Numbered from the stretch's first letter, positions 8,683 to 17,887 are shown. The stretch is DNA of 64,000 bases from an uncultured Candidatus Poseidoniales archaeon (GCA_964389655.1 CAYMED010000010.1:1-64000); one strand, 5' to 3'. Notes: generated by a model from the sequence alone, not told the origin. Numbers and translations are program-made.

Positions 8683-10491
8683 GTGCCAGTCCAAATTGTC
8701 CGGGACGAAGATGCTGCACATGACCGCTTCTCCCGCCTTTCCGCATCTCAATTGAAGCGCTGGAGGAATTGCCCACGACAATGGTGGTATCAGCGCGTGC
8801 GCCGTTTGCGACCTGCCCAGCCACCTATTCTGATGTTTGGCAGAGTCGTAGAATCTCTCGTGTGTAGAATCTTGCGAGAGGGCCCTGTCCGTGTTGGCCC
8901 AGAAGACTCACCTGATGCGATTTGGACGCCACTAGATGGCGAAGGAAGGCCAAGCAGGGATAGGGAAATATGGCCAACCATACCCGGTCTAAGGTCACCG
9001 GAAACATGGCCCCATAACCGCGAAGATTTGTCGGCATGGTGCTTATCCCGGATCGAGATGCATATCTCTGGCGTTTGGGAAAATGCAAAACAAGAATGGG
9101 AGCAGGAAGTTAACAGAACTGGAGAGTGGGATGATCTCAATGAGGGTGATGTCACTGGGATGGTCATGGCAGCATTAGAGTTTCAAATTGATGAAGTTGA
9201 ACGAGCACTTGGATCGCCTGATTCAGAAGAGTGGAAAATTTGGCGATCGGGACATCGACCGAAATGGCCACCGCCTGATGGATGGGCGCCAGATGCTGCA
9301 CCCGAATCGATTCTGAGAAAGGCTGAGCCATCCTTAGCCATTGCTTGGGAAGTTTCTCGCCCATGGTTTGTCGACCCTGACGCCAAAACATTCACACTAG
9401 GGGCAGTTCATCCAGAACACTGGTTCAATGGCGAGTATGACCTTGTCCACACATGGGATGGACGGACTAGAATCATTGACATCAAAGCATCGAAAGGCAC
9501 GTCTGATTATGCTGGAGGTTACCCCGAACAATTGCGAATATACGCATGGCTTTGGAACAGGAACCATCCGGAAAAGAAGGTAGATGGACTAGAAATATGG
9601 TACCTTGGGATCCCTGAAATTGTGTATATTGAAGTGCCAAAAGATGACGAAATACTCGCAATGGAAGATGAAATGAGAGAAGTACACAAGCAGTTACTTC
9701 TTTCAGATCGCAAGATGGATGACTTTCCTGCAAATCCCACATCTTTGAAGCGGTTTGAACCCGGTGGCCTGATTATTGCTGAAGAAATGCCCTCTCTAGA
9801 ACGATGTGCCCAATGTGATCACCGATTGATATGTGATTCCAGCGGAGTCAAGAAGAATCTGCTCAATCCAAGAGAATTATCCCACACATCTCGAAATGTT
9901 GAATTCACACCCATGGGGGAGATTGAAAGCCGATTGCCAGTAACTGGAACAATCGCGAGTTTAGTTGGTTTGTCAAAGAAATGGCCAGACTTTGAATTAA
10001 GAACCAAGCGGGGTACCACTTCAGTTTTTGTTCGAGGCATGGAGATTGATACAATTAGAAACTTCAGTGTCGGCGAAAATATCCACCTAGAAAAAGCCCG
10101 TATTGAGCCAAGATACAGAGGCCCTGTTGTGATCATCGATGAGCATTCTTCCATCCAATATTCTGAAGGAATTGAGCAAGGGGGGGTTGAGCCGACCGTC
10201 CATCTAATGCGGAAAGACATCATTGGCGAAGTTATCTCCTTGGGAGCTTCTGAATGGATTAGAAATGATGGGGGAATTGGCAGAAATTGGCGAGCAACGC
10301 TGATTGACAATAGCGGAGCAATGGAAGTAATTGCCTATGACAGTGATATCGATGATGGCATGAGAGCAATTCGGAGGGGAGAAATAGTCCAAGTTGAACG
10401 AGGAATCATATCCGAGCGCGACGGGTGGCCTCAACTCAAAGTTGACGAAAGCAGTACTGTTCGCTGGATCCCCTCTGAAGGCGCCGAGTGA
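8683..10491 (+). CDS. PD-(D/E)XK nuclease (Cas4/AddB-like, predicted 4Fe-4S) fused to two RPA-like OB folds, paralog 2
   Basis: LSASQL...NCPRQW, GEYDL...IIDIKAS, QLRIY, CAQCx5C; OB-like LIDNSGAMEVIAY...IRRGEIVQV...QLKVDE. Confidence 0.8.
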   Translation: MPVQIVRDEDAAHDRFSRLSASQLKRWRNCPRQWWYQRVRRLRPAQPPILMFGRVVESLVCRILREGPVRVGPEDSPDAIWTPLDGEGRPSRDREIWPTIPGLRSPETWPHNREDLSAWCLSRIEMHISGVWENAKQEWEQEVNRTGEWDDLNEGDVTGMVMAALEFQIDEVERALGSPDSEEWKIWRSGHRPKWPPPDGWAPDAAPESILRKAEPSLAIAWEVSRPWFVDPDAKTFTLGAVHPEHWFNGEYDLVHTWDGRTRIIDIKASKGTSDYAGGYPEQLRIYAWLWNRNHPEKKVDGLEIWYLGIPEIVYIEVPKDDEILAMEDEMREVHKQLLLSDRKMDDFPANPTSLKRFEPGGLIIAEEMPSLERCAQCDHRLICDSSGVKKNLLNPRELSHTSRNVEFTPMGEIESRLPVTGTIASLVGLSKKWPDFELRTKRGTTSVFVRGMEIDTIRNFSVGENIHLEKARIEPRYRGPVVIIDEHSSIQYSEGIEQGGVEPTVHLMRKDIIGEVISLGASEWIRNDGGIGRNWRATLIDNSGAMEVIAYDSDIDDGMRAIRRGEIVQVERGIISERDGWPQLKVDESSTVRWIPSEGAE

Positions 10492-10564
10492 GAGATTTGA
10501 ACTCTCGCGTCCAAAGGACAGTGGTTTTCGAGACCACCGCAATACCAGGCTATGCGAACTCGGC
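10482..10564 (-). tRNA. tRNA-Ser (anticodon CGA), intronless, long variable arm
   Basis: Reverse complement folds as a cloverleaf: acceptor GCCGAGT/ACTCGGC plus discriminator G, anticodon arm GTGGT-CTCGAAA-ACCAC, variable arm GTCC-TTT-GGAC, T arm GAGAG-TTCAAAT-CTCTC. Confidence 0.95.
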
Positions 10565-10610
10565 TGAGACGAAACAAATCAAAGCCTGCTTTAACCCTGA
10601 TCCGAGTATC

Positions 10611-10814
10611 ATGCAAATCATCATCGAGGTTGAGGGCGCGGCGAGCAGAGTCATAGAAAGCATGGTACCCATTTCAATAGGAGATGTTATCCAACAATTG
10701 GGATATCCAGTAACAACAACACTTCTAGTTCATGAAGGACAAATATTACCACATTCAGCGATCATACAAAATGATGTGCGGTTAACTGCCATTGATGTAG
10801 CATCTGGTGGATGA
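10611..10814 (+). CDS. Ubiquitin-like sulfur carrier / small archaeal modifier protein (ThiS/MoaD/SAMP family)
   Basis: 67 aa from ATG 10611 ending in the diglycine VASGG. The track start at 10488 would run through the tRNA. Confidence 0.8.
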   Translation: MQIIIEVEGAASRVIESMVPISIGDVIQQLGYPVTTTLLVHEGQILPHSAIIQNDVRLTAIDVASGG

Positions 10815-11558
10815 TTACTGATACAAATCCACCTGAGGCGATCCATCGCCCTCTATTTCGAAGGCATCAAGTGCACCAAGAAGGTCAGAAACACGACGGG
10901 CAAGATCACGATGAGTTGAACCCGATGTTGGCAAATCTCGCTTTAGAAATTCTTCAAGGCCACATCGCATTCTTTCTGCAGCTTCAGGGTCTGCACTTGC
11001 GCCTACTGAAGCTGCACTTATGCAAGCCGTGGAAAGTGCATCAAACTCAGATCCACTTGCAAGCCAAGCAGCCATCCCAATCATTCCACCCTCTGGCCAT
11101 TGAACGGATTGACCTGCGCCACGGCTCTCAAGCCATTCCCGATCTGTAGCAACAGGACCTTGTATTTCGACATCCGTCACACCCGGTTCTGCTAAACGGC
11201 CAACAAGTACGACCAAGAAACTAGCGCTGCATTCTATAGCAAGAGATCGGAACCTCATTGCGAGGTCATGCTGCCCATTTGGGGTCATAGGTTGGGATGG
11301 TGATGTGGCAAGAACAAGTGGGCCGCCTAAATTGAGAAGGTGGGCACGGAGTGCAGGTGCTTGGAGATCGCCAGATACATGAGACACTGCATGAGGGGGC
11401 AAATCTGGATGGACCAAGGCAACGGCCAGTCGAGATTCGTGCTCCTCGAGCAACCCATCTATGACGAGTTTCCCAACATTTCCCACACCAGGTACTGCAA
11501 CAACCCAAGGTACTTGAGAAGGAATTTTTACATCCATCCTGTGAACTGTAACAACCAC
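10815..11558 (-). CDS. PAC2-family proteasome assembly chaperone
   Basis: VPGVGNVGKL, LPPH and DPEAA motifs; conserved position after nop10. Confidence 0.85.
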   Translation of the reverse strand: MVVTVHRMDVKIPSQVPWVVAVPGVGNVGKLVIDGLLEEHESRLAVALVHPDLPPHAVSHVSGDLQAPALRAHLLNLGGPLVLATSPSQPMTPNGQHDLAMRFRSLAIECSASFLVVLVGRLAEPGVTDVEIQGPVATDREWLESRGAGQSVQWPEGGMIGMAAWLASGSEFDALSTACISAASVGASADPEAAERMRCGLEEFLKRDLPTSGSTHRDLARRVSDLLGALDAFEIEGDGSPQVDLYQ

Positions 11559-11560
11559 AC

Positions 11561-11761
11561 TTATTCCTCCTCAAGCGATGGTAGTGAGGCAGGCCAATCG
11601 GGGTTTGATTCTTCCCTGATTTTTCTTCTTAAATGGCCATGACGGTCTTCTGGAGACCATTTCATGGGAGCTGCTTGCGTGACTTTCAGCCCACAATCTG
11701 GACAAGAGAGATCAAGAGTATGTCGCCCACATGACCGGCAATATTGCAGACGAGCACGCAC
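11561..11761 (-). CDS. nop10: H/ACA RNP protein Nop10
   Basis: CRSCGRHTL..CPDCG...APMKWSPEDRHGHLRR. Confidence 0.92.
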   Translation of the reverse strand: MRARLQYCRSCGRHTLDLSCPDCGLKVTQAAPMKWSPEDRHGHLRRKIREESNPDWPASLPSLEEE

Positions 11762-11770
11762 AACTAGACC

Positions 11771-12553
11771 TCAATTGCGAGTGATAAGTGCATGGGCCCC
11801 ATCTTCTGCTGCTTTGGATACCGCATCCTTGACTGAGGTCCAAATTGATTCCGCAAGTGGATAATCTGGAGCGCGTATGGTAATTCGATAGCGAGGGGCG
11901 CCATCATAACGCGCTTCGACAAAGATTTCTTCATCTGGATCGGCTAATTCTTCCAACCCTTGCAAGACTTCTCGAATTTGTTCAACACCATCCCCCCGCC
12001 CTGCTGCAAATTCAAGTATGGCTTCAACTTCAACAAATGGCGGAATGATGTTCTCAATTGCCATTCGATGAAACTGGGGAATCCAATCACCTTCAAATCC
12101 CGCATCTAACAATGCATCTTCTTCTACTGCTGCGGCTTCAAATGTAGCGTGAACGCTCCCAAAAATTTCCAAGAATTGAGGGATTTGAGGACCTACAATC
12201 TCATCGCCAATGCGCTCATCTAATAGACCAACGAGGCGCATTGCCTTCTGCTCATCTTTCCACTGTTGAATTCGTACACGGCGGCGCTCCTGAGAAACGG
12301 CCTTGAGTGAAACATCAACACTGCCTCGATCTTCACGGACGCGAGTTACTTTGCACACCACACGTTGGCCTTCCCGAACATGTGCTCGGATGTTTTTGAC
12401 CCAGCCAGACGCAACTTCTCCGATGAAGATAAAACCCTCTCGCTCGCCAAATTCCTCGAGATCTACATAAGCACCATTTGCTTTTACATTGCGTACAACA
12501 CAAATGACGAGTTCGCCCTCTTCTGGCCATTCTCGGCCTGCGGCATCAGCCAT
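11771..12553 (-). CDS. eif2a: Translation initiation factor 2 alpha subunit
   Basis: WPEEGELV S1 domain, EVASGWVKNIR, GAPRYRI..APDY. Confidence 0.96.
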   Translation of the reverse strand: MADAAGREWPEEGELVICVVRNVKANGAYVDLEEFGEREGFIFIGEVASGWVKNIRAHVREGQRVVCKVTRVREDRGSVDVSLKAVSQERRRVRIQQWKDEQKAMRLVGLLDERIGDEIVGPQIPQFLEIFGSVHATFEAAAVEEDALLDAGFEGDWIPQFHRMAIENIIPPFVEVEAILEFAAGRGDGVEQIREVLQGLEELADPDEEIFVEARYDGAPRYRITIRAPDYPLAESIWTSVKDAVSKAAEDGAHALITRN

Positions 12554-12556
12554 CGA

Positions 12557-12736
12557 TCAGTTCCCCTCACTGACGACTTCGACAAGACGACCACCAGTCA
12601 AGAGAGCTTTTCCACCCGCGGGTTTTGCCAGTGTAGCGCCGCAAGTTTCGCAAGGGATCATCGACGAAGCATGACTATACATAATGGTCTCACTACCACA
12701 GTCATTGCATGATACTCGAATAAATTGACCAGTCAT
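12557..12736 (-). CDS. rps27e: 30S ribosomal protein S27e
   Basis: Not in the ORF track (59 aa): MTGQFIRVSCNDCGSETIMYSHASSMIPCETCGATLAKPAGGKA...; lies between L44e and aIF2alpha as in most archaea. Confidence 0.95.
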   Translation of the reverse strand: MTGQFIRVSCNDCGSETIMYSHASSMIPCETCGATLAKPAGGKALLTGGRLVEVVSEGN

Positions 12737-12744
12737 GCTATCAC

Positions 12745-13029
12745 TTACTTGTCTATCAATTCAAACCGCTTTGCACGACGGCACGGCGCATGGTGAGCCT
12801 TTCCAGACTCCGAACAACGGTAGAGGATATTGACTCGCTTGGTCGGTTTCTCTCGACCATCTGGTTTCGGACGAGGAAAGCCGCGGTAACCTGCCATAAC
12901 TCGACGGAAACGGCGTTGTCCCCATTTGAGTTCACTTGCACGTCGTTTGCGGACACGCTCAATCGTGTGTAGTGTGTGCTTGCGGAGGCTTGGGGAATAG
13001 CGTTTGACCTGACGCGGCATCTTCACCAT
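12745..13029 (-). CDS. rpl44e: 50S ribosomal protein L44e
   Basis: KMPR..RYSP...HTLH, LKWGQRRFRR..GY.GFPRP, KPTKR. Confidence 0.96.
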   Translation of the reverse strand: MVKMPRQVKRYSPSLRKHTLHTIERVRKRRASELKWGQRRFRRVMAGYRGFPRPKPDGREKPTKRVNILYRCSESGKAHHAPCRRAKRFELIDK

Positions 13030-13112
13030 TTGACCACCTAGATTCCGCTCGACCGGAGGACTCTATTTATGACTGTCGTGAAGTCCACCAGCAAGAGAGG
13101 GGTGATATTTCG

Positions 13113-13895
13113 ATGTGGACGACGGGTTCTGGATTTTGGATTCCGATCACATTGATGCTCCCATTGGGTCTTGCATGGGTTGTGGGAAGACACTCCAAAG
13201 CGACAAAAATGGCGGGTTCAGTGCTGATCGGAGTGTCAATAGGCCTTGCTCTTTCAACTCAATGGATGGTAAATGATGGCGGCATTACCGTTGCTCTATC
13301 TCAAGTTCTTCTAGCCATCCTTGGCCCATCGATGTTACTTGGGTGTGCAGTGATTCTACTCGTATTCTCTACAGATAGCCCTGTTGGACCTCTTCCTCCG
13401 GGAGTGCGCCCTCTCGGAGTTATCGCACTCGGGGCTGGATTGGCATGGTTACTTGCCTTGGCTCTTATCTCACCACCTGGAATCTCAGGATTACTAAATC
13501 CATATTGGTTTGTTTGGTTGGGAGGATTACTATTCAGCCTGTTATGCATTTCAGTCATCGCATTTGGATTTACAATTTCAATGGGGCATGCCCGGCAGAA
13601 GGAAATTTTACTTCTTGCACCACTCCCACTGGTCTCCATCGCACTTTTGTTGCGCTTGTCGGTGGCTCCATCACCAGGGTCAACGATTCCAAAAGCAAGA
13701 ACTGCACTTTTTGAAAGTGGATTAGATGTTCTAGGTTCTGTAATTGGTTCTTTGTTAACCTTAGCCATCACAGTTATTCTAATTGTATACAATGAACGTG
13801 CTATTGCGGTCCTTCCTGAGGCACCCCCCCTCACTTCACAAGAGATAGGGCATATTGAATCAGTAATCCAAGGCGTGCAGGGGGAAGATGAATGA
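13113..13895 (+). CDS. Hypothetical multi-pass membrane protein
   Basis: About 7 hydrophobic segments; GGTGA upstream; ATGA overlap with the next gene. Confidence 0.7.
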   Translation: MWTTGSGFWIPITLMLPLGLAWVVGRHSKATKMAGSVLIGVSIGLALSTQWMVNDGGITVALSQVLLAILGPSMLLGCAVILLVFSTDSPVGPLPPGVRPLGVIALGAGLAWLLALALISPPGISGLLNPYWFVWLGGLLFSLLCISVIAFGFTISMGHARQKEILLLAPLPLVSIALLLRLSVAPSPGSTIPKARTALFESGLDVLGSVIGSLLTLAITVILIVYNERAIAVLPEAPPLTSQEIGHIESVIQGVQGEDE

Positions 13896-14323
13896 CAGAC
13901 AAGGGGCGGCATGGGATGCGAATAATCCGCTTGTTGAGCCTAGGACCAATGTCCCTCCTGTTAATGCTCTTTATTCTCCAATGGGGTCAAAATCCCACAT
14001 CAATCTTTGAGATAATCATGGAAGGGTTCAATGTAGGACTTGCCTCTATGGTGGCCTGTGGATGGATCGTGGTGATCTATTCATTGACCACTTCACGCCG
14101 GCATCCACGTGGAGCACACCAAGTGTGTGGGAGTCTCGTGATTTTTGCTGTTCCAACCGGCCTGCTAGTGATGCTGCATGGAATTGAAGGTATGATCGAA
14201 TATATCGCCACCTCTTTGGTAACGCTACTTGCTGTTGGAACTGCGGCTGCCCTGGTATTCGGATTGATGGTTGCCTTTGTCACCGATGCAAGAGCGCGCC
14301 AAGAGGTGGAGGGCACAAAGTGA
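13892..14323 (+). CDS. Hypothetical membrane protein (about 4 TM)
   Basis: Hydrophobic segments; 4-bp start/stop overlaps with both neighbours. Confidence 0.7.
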   Translation: MTDKGRHGMRIIRLLSLGPMSLLLMLFILQWGQNPTSIFEIIMEGFNVGLASMVACGWIVVIYSLTTSRRHPRGAHQVCGSLVIFAVPTGLLVMLHGIEGMIEYIATSLVTLLAVGTAAALVFGLMVAFVTDARARQEVEGTK

Positions 14324-16023
14324 CTGTATCAGATCTAAATCCCTTGGATTCATTTCTCAAAGACCTCATCGAGATATTGCGCGATCACCCGCCTGCGGCT
14401 CGGGACGAATTACGCAAGATGCGTAGGAAGTTATCCAAAAAATATCATCTCAAAGAAGCACCTGGTGATGCAAAATTGCGAACAATGCTGCCGAAGGACT
14501 TAGTTGATCAACTGGGGCCACTCCTAAGACGGAAACCAACTAGGACACTTTCGGGTGTTGCTCCAGTTGCAATCATGACACCTCCTGCTAATTGCCCTCA
14601 CGGGGTTTGCACATTCTGCCCCGGGGGGCCAGTGCATGGCACCCCCCAGTCCTATACTGGCCACGAGCCAGCGGCTCTGCGAGGAGCAAGGCATGGATTT
14701 GATCCGCGCGCTCAAGTTGAAGATCGTCTTTCGCAATACGAAGCAATCGGGCATGATGCTTCAAAAATCGATCTTATCGTCATGGGTGGGACATTCACGG
14801 CACGGTCATTTGATGCTCAAGAAACATTCATTAGAAGGGCAATGGATGGGTTCAACCAATGCACGAGCCCTACACTGGAAGAAGCATTGGGGGAGAACGA
14901 GAACGCAGAGCATCGAGTCATTGGCCTCACGCTTGAAACTCGATCGGACCAGTGCGCTCCAAAACGAATTGAAGGAATGTTACGCCTCGGAACTACGCGT
15001 GTTGAAGTTGGGTTGCAATGTCTTGACAACACAATTCTCAAAGAGACGAATCGCGCTCATACTGTTGAAAGTGTTCAGCGCGCGGCAACTCGAATTCGAG
15101 ATGCTGGATTGAAAATTAACTTGCATCTCATGCCAGGGCTACCAGGAAGTGATCCAAGCAAAGATCGGGACATGTTGAAAGAAGTCATGCATGGAGAATC
15201 ATGGCGCCCAGACATGCTCAAAATATATCCTTGCCTTGTGGTACGTGGTGCAAATTTAGTTCATGATTGGCAAACAGGGTCATTTCAGCCATTGATGGAT
15301 GAAGAAGCGGCAGAGATCATTGCAGATACACTCGCAATCGCACCCCCATGGTTGCGAATTCAGAGGATCCAACGAGACATCCCCGCTCACCAAATTATTG
15401 CTGGCGTGAAAGCTGGAAATCTACGCCAAATTGCCACAAACCTATTGCCAAAACAAGGTCGTAGAAGCGGTTGTCTAAGAGACAGAGAAATTGGACGAGT
15501 CAGAGATGTACCACCCGTGGAAGCGTTCAGAATGGTCACACGTTCATTCACTTCTGCCAGTGGTGAAGAAATATTTCTCACATGGGAAGCGCCCCATCCC
15601 CTCGCTTCATCTGATGAACGAGATGAATTCGATGGAGGAGTCCCTCGCGGGGAGGGGATACACAAGTGGAGCGATGATGATCCACCAGGGGGGGTTGTTG
15701 CAGGTTGGTGCAGGCTTCGAAAGCCCGGGACCTCGGGATTACGGCCAAATCAGGATCCCTCAACCGCTTTTGTGCGTGAACTGAAGGTTCTTGGGAGGGC
15801 AGTCTCAATTGGAGGAGGGGCCGAACGAGAAAATGAGGTCCAGCACACGGGCATTGGAAAGCGCATGATGGCTGAAGCAGAACGGCTTGCACGAGTTCAC
15901 TGGGGTGCCACACGCATCGCAGTAACCGCAGGAGTGGGAGTTCGGGGATACTATCGCAAAATTGGCTATTCACTGCAAGATTTGTGGATGGTACGCAATC
16001 TTGAGAGCAATCGCTCTGACTGA
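14320..16023 (+). CDS. elp3: tRNA uridine(34) acetyltransferase/carboxymethyltransferase Elp3 (radical SAM + KAT)
   Basis: RTLSGVAPVA, CPHGVCTFCPGG, PQSYTGHEP, LKIYPCLV, RIQRDIP, QHTGIGK, GVGVRGYYRKIGY. Confidence 0.96.
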   Translation: MTVSDLNPLDSFLKDLIEILRDHPPAARDELRKMRRKLSKKYHLKEAPGDAKLRTMLPKDLVDQLGPLLRRKPTRTLSGVAPVAIMTPPANCPHGVCTFCPGGPVHGTPQSYTGHEPAALRGARHGFDPRAQVEDRLSQYEAIGHDASKIDLIVMGGTFTARSFDAQETFIRRAMDGFNQCTSPTLEEALGENENAEHRVIGLTLETRSDQCAPKRIEGMLRLGTTRVEVGLQCLDNTILKETNRAHTVESVQRAATRIRDAGLKINLHLMPGLPGSDPSKDRDMLKEVMHGESWRPDMLKIYPCLVVRGANLVHDWQTGSFQPLMDEEAAEIIADTLAIAPPWLRIQRIQRDIPAHQIIAGVKAGNLRQIATNLLPKQGRRSGCLRDREIGRVRDVPPVEAFRMVTRSFTSASGEEIFLTWEAPHPLASSDERDEFDGGVPRGEGIHKWSDDDPPGGVVAGWCRLRKPGTSGLRPNQDPSTAFVRELKVLGRAVSIGGGAERENEVQHTGIGKRMMAEAERLARVHWGATRIAVTAGVGVRGYYRKIGYSLQDLWMVRNLESNRSD

Positions 16024-16068
16024 AACCCTGAAAACAGGTCCCCTGCTCGGCGTGGCTCGGGATCAGTC

Positions 16069-16248
16069 ATGAGTAAGGGCACGCCGTCAATGGGACGACG
16101 GCAAAAATCAACACATATTCGCTGCCGAAGGTGTGGACGACACTCCTACCACAAACAAAAACACCGCTGTGCTGCATGTGGATATGGTGTCACTGCTCGA
16201 AAGCGCTCTTATCAATGGCATAAGCGTGCCCACCGCCCCAAGGCTTGA
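16069..16248 (+). CDS. rpl37e: 50S ribosomal protein L37e
   Basis: Not in the ORF track (59 aa): [40 protein letters not shown]. Confidence 0.96.
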   Translation: MSKGTPSMGRRQKSTHIRCRRCGRHSYHKQKHRCAACGYGVTARKRSYQWHKRAHRPKA

Positions 16249-16336
16249 GAGTGAGGCAAAGCAATCATACATTGCACGCCCAACCTAGTCGATGTTCATA
16301 AATCGCCTCGACCTGAGATGTCCAAGAGGATTCGAA

Positions 16337-17887
16337 ATGTGTGGCATTATCGGCCTCGTTGCACCAGGTATTGAGAGCGTTGCACCCACGATTTACAATG
16401 GCCTTACGGTACTGCAGCACCGCGGCCAAGATGCTGCCGGGATTATGACATGTGAAGATGAACAGCTCTTCCAAAGGAAAGGAAATGGTCTCGTCCGGGA
16501 TGTATTCTATCAACGCCACATGGAACACCTTACTGGAAACATGGGGATCGGGCATGTGCGATACCCAACTGCGGGTACTTCATCATCAGCCGAAGCTCAG
16601 CCCTTTTACACCAATTCACCTTATGGAATTGGCATTGCTCATAACGGTAATCTGACAAATGCAGATGAACTTGCAAAGCAATTGTACTCGGAAAATCTGC
16701 GACATGTCAACACATCAAGTGATTCAGAAGTGCTTCTCAATGTGTTTGCCCATGAGATTCAGACCCGAGGGAGGATGAATATAGGTTCCAAATTATACCT
16801 CAATGTGGAAGATGTATTTCATGCAGTGGAATGCGTCCACCAACGAGTTCGAGGAGCCTATTCAGTTGTTGGCCTCATCACGGGATACGGAATGTTCGCT
16901 TTCCGAGACCCTCATGGAATCCGCCCTCTTGTTCTTGGGACACGGAACCGCGAAGGGTTTGATGAATGGGTTGTAGCAAGTGAATCTGTCGCCCTAACCG
17001 GGCTTGGTTATGAGTTGGTTCGAGATGTAGAGCCAGGGGAATGCATCTTTGTGAGCCTTGATGGAAAATTGTTTCACCGCCCAACCAAAATTGAGGCACC
17101 ATACACGCCATGCATCTTTGAACACGTCTATTTTGCACGTCCAGATTCTGTACTTGATGGCATCAGTGTGCACTCTGCTCGCCTTGAAATGGGAAAAAGA
17201 TTGGCCCTCAAAATAGAGAAAGAAAGGCCCGATCACGATATCGATGTTGTGATCTCCATTCCTGATAGTGGTCGAATTGCAGCGATTGAATTGTCCAACA
17301 TCCTTGGAGTCCCCTACCGGGAAGGCTTTGTGAAAAACCGATACATTGGGCGAACTTTCCTCATGCCGGGCCAAGAACAGAGAAGGAGTTCAGTACGAAA
17401 GAAATTGAACACGCTCCCTGATGAATTTAGTGGGAAGACGGTTCTGCTCGTCGATGACAGCATCGTTCGAGGAAATACCAGTCAAGAGATTGTTCAGATG
17501 GCACGCGATGCGGGGGCATTATCAGTGTACTTTGCCAGTGCAGCACCCCCGGTGCTATACCCAAATGTCTACGGCATCGACATGCCAGCCGCCACTGAAT
17601 ATATCGCACATGCAAAAACAGTGGGCGAAATTTGCACCGCAATTGGAGCAGATTGGCTAGTCTATCAAGATTTTGAAGACCTCGTCGCAGCATGTTCCAA
17701 CGGCCGTAGAGAAATTTCAGGATTTGAAGCGTCTTGCTTTACTGGAGAATACATCACCGGAGATATCGATGATGGATATCTTGCAGCCCTCGAAGCATTT
17801 CGAAATGACAAGGCAAAGCGTCGCCGAAATTCAGAAGGAGATGGATTAGAATTGCATAATCAAACCATTGAGGATGAACAGATCTAA
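16337..17887 (+). CDS. purF: Amidophosphoribosyltransferase
   Basis: Ntn start MCGIIG at ATG 16337; LQHRGQDAAG, GHVRYPTAG, PCIFEHVYFARPDS, VLLVDDSIVRGNTS. Confidence 0.97.
   Translation: MCGIIGLVAPGIESVAPTIYNGLTVLQHRGQDAAGIMTCEDEQLFQRKGNGLVRDVFYQRHMEHLTGNMGIGHVRYPTAGTSSSAEAQPFYTNSPYGIGIAHNGNLTNADELAKQLYSENLRHVNTSSDSEVLLNVFAHEIQTRGRMNIGSKLYLNVEDVFHAVECVHQRVRGAYSVVGLITGYGMFAFRDPHGIRPLVLGTRNREGFDEWVVASESVALTGLGYELVRDVEPGECIFVSLDGKLFHRPTKIEAPYTPCIFEHVYFARPDSVLDGISVHSARLEMGKRLALKIEKERPDHDIDVVISIPDSGRIAAIELSNILGVPYREGFVKNRYIGRTFLMPGQEQRRSSVRKKLNTLPDEFSGKTVLLVDDSIVRGNTSQEIVQMARDAGALSVYFASAAPPVLYPNVYGIDMPAATEYIAHAKTVGEICTAIGADWLVYQDFEDLVAACSNGRREISGFEASCFTGEYITGDIDDGYLAALEAFRNDKAKRRRNSEGDGLELHNQTIEDEQI

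Noticed and set aside
6735-10491. CRISPR-Cas adaptation module (Cas4-like genes)
   Set aside because: No cas1/cas2, effector genes or repeat-spacer array seen; the proteins are about three times Cas4 length and carry OB folds.
10482-10520. tRNA 3' end as attachment site of an integrated element
   Set aside because: No duplicated tRNA 3' fragment or integrase noticed, and the flank contains the core gene ABCE1.
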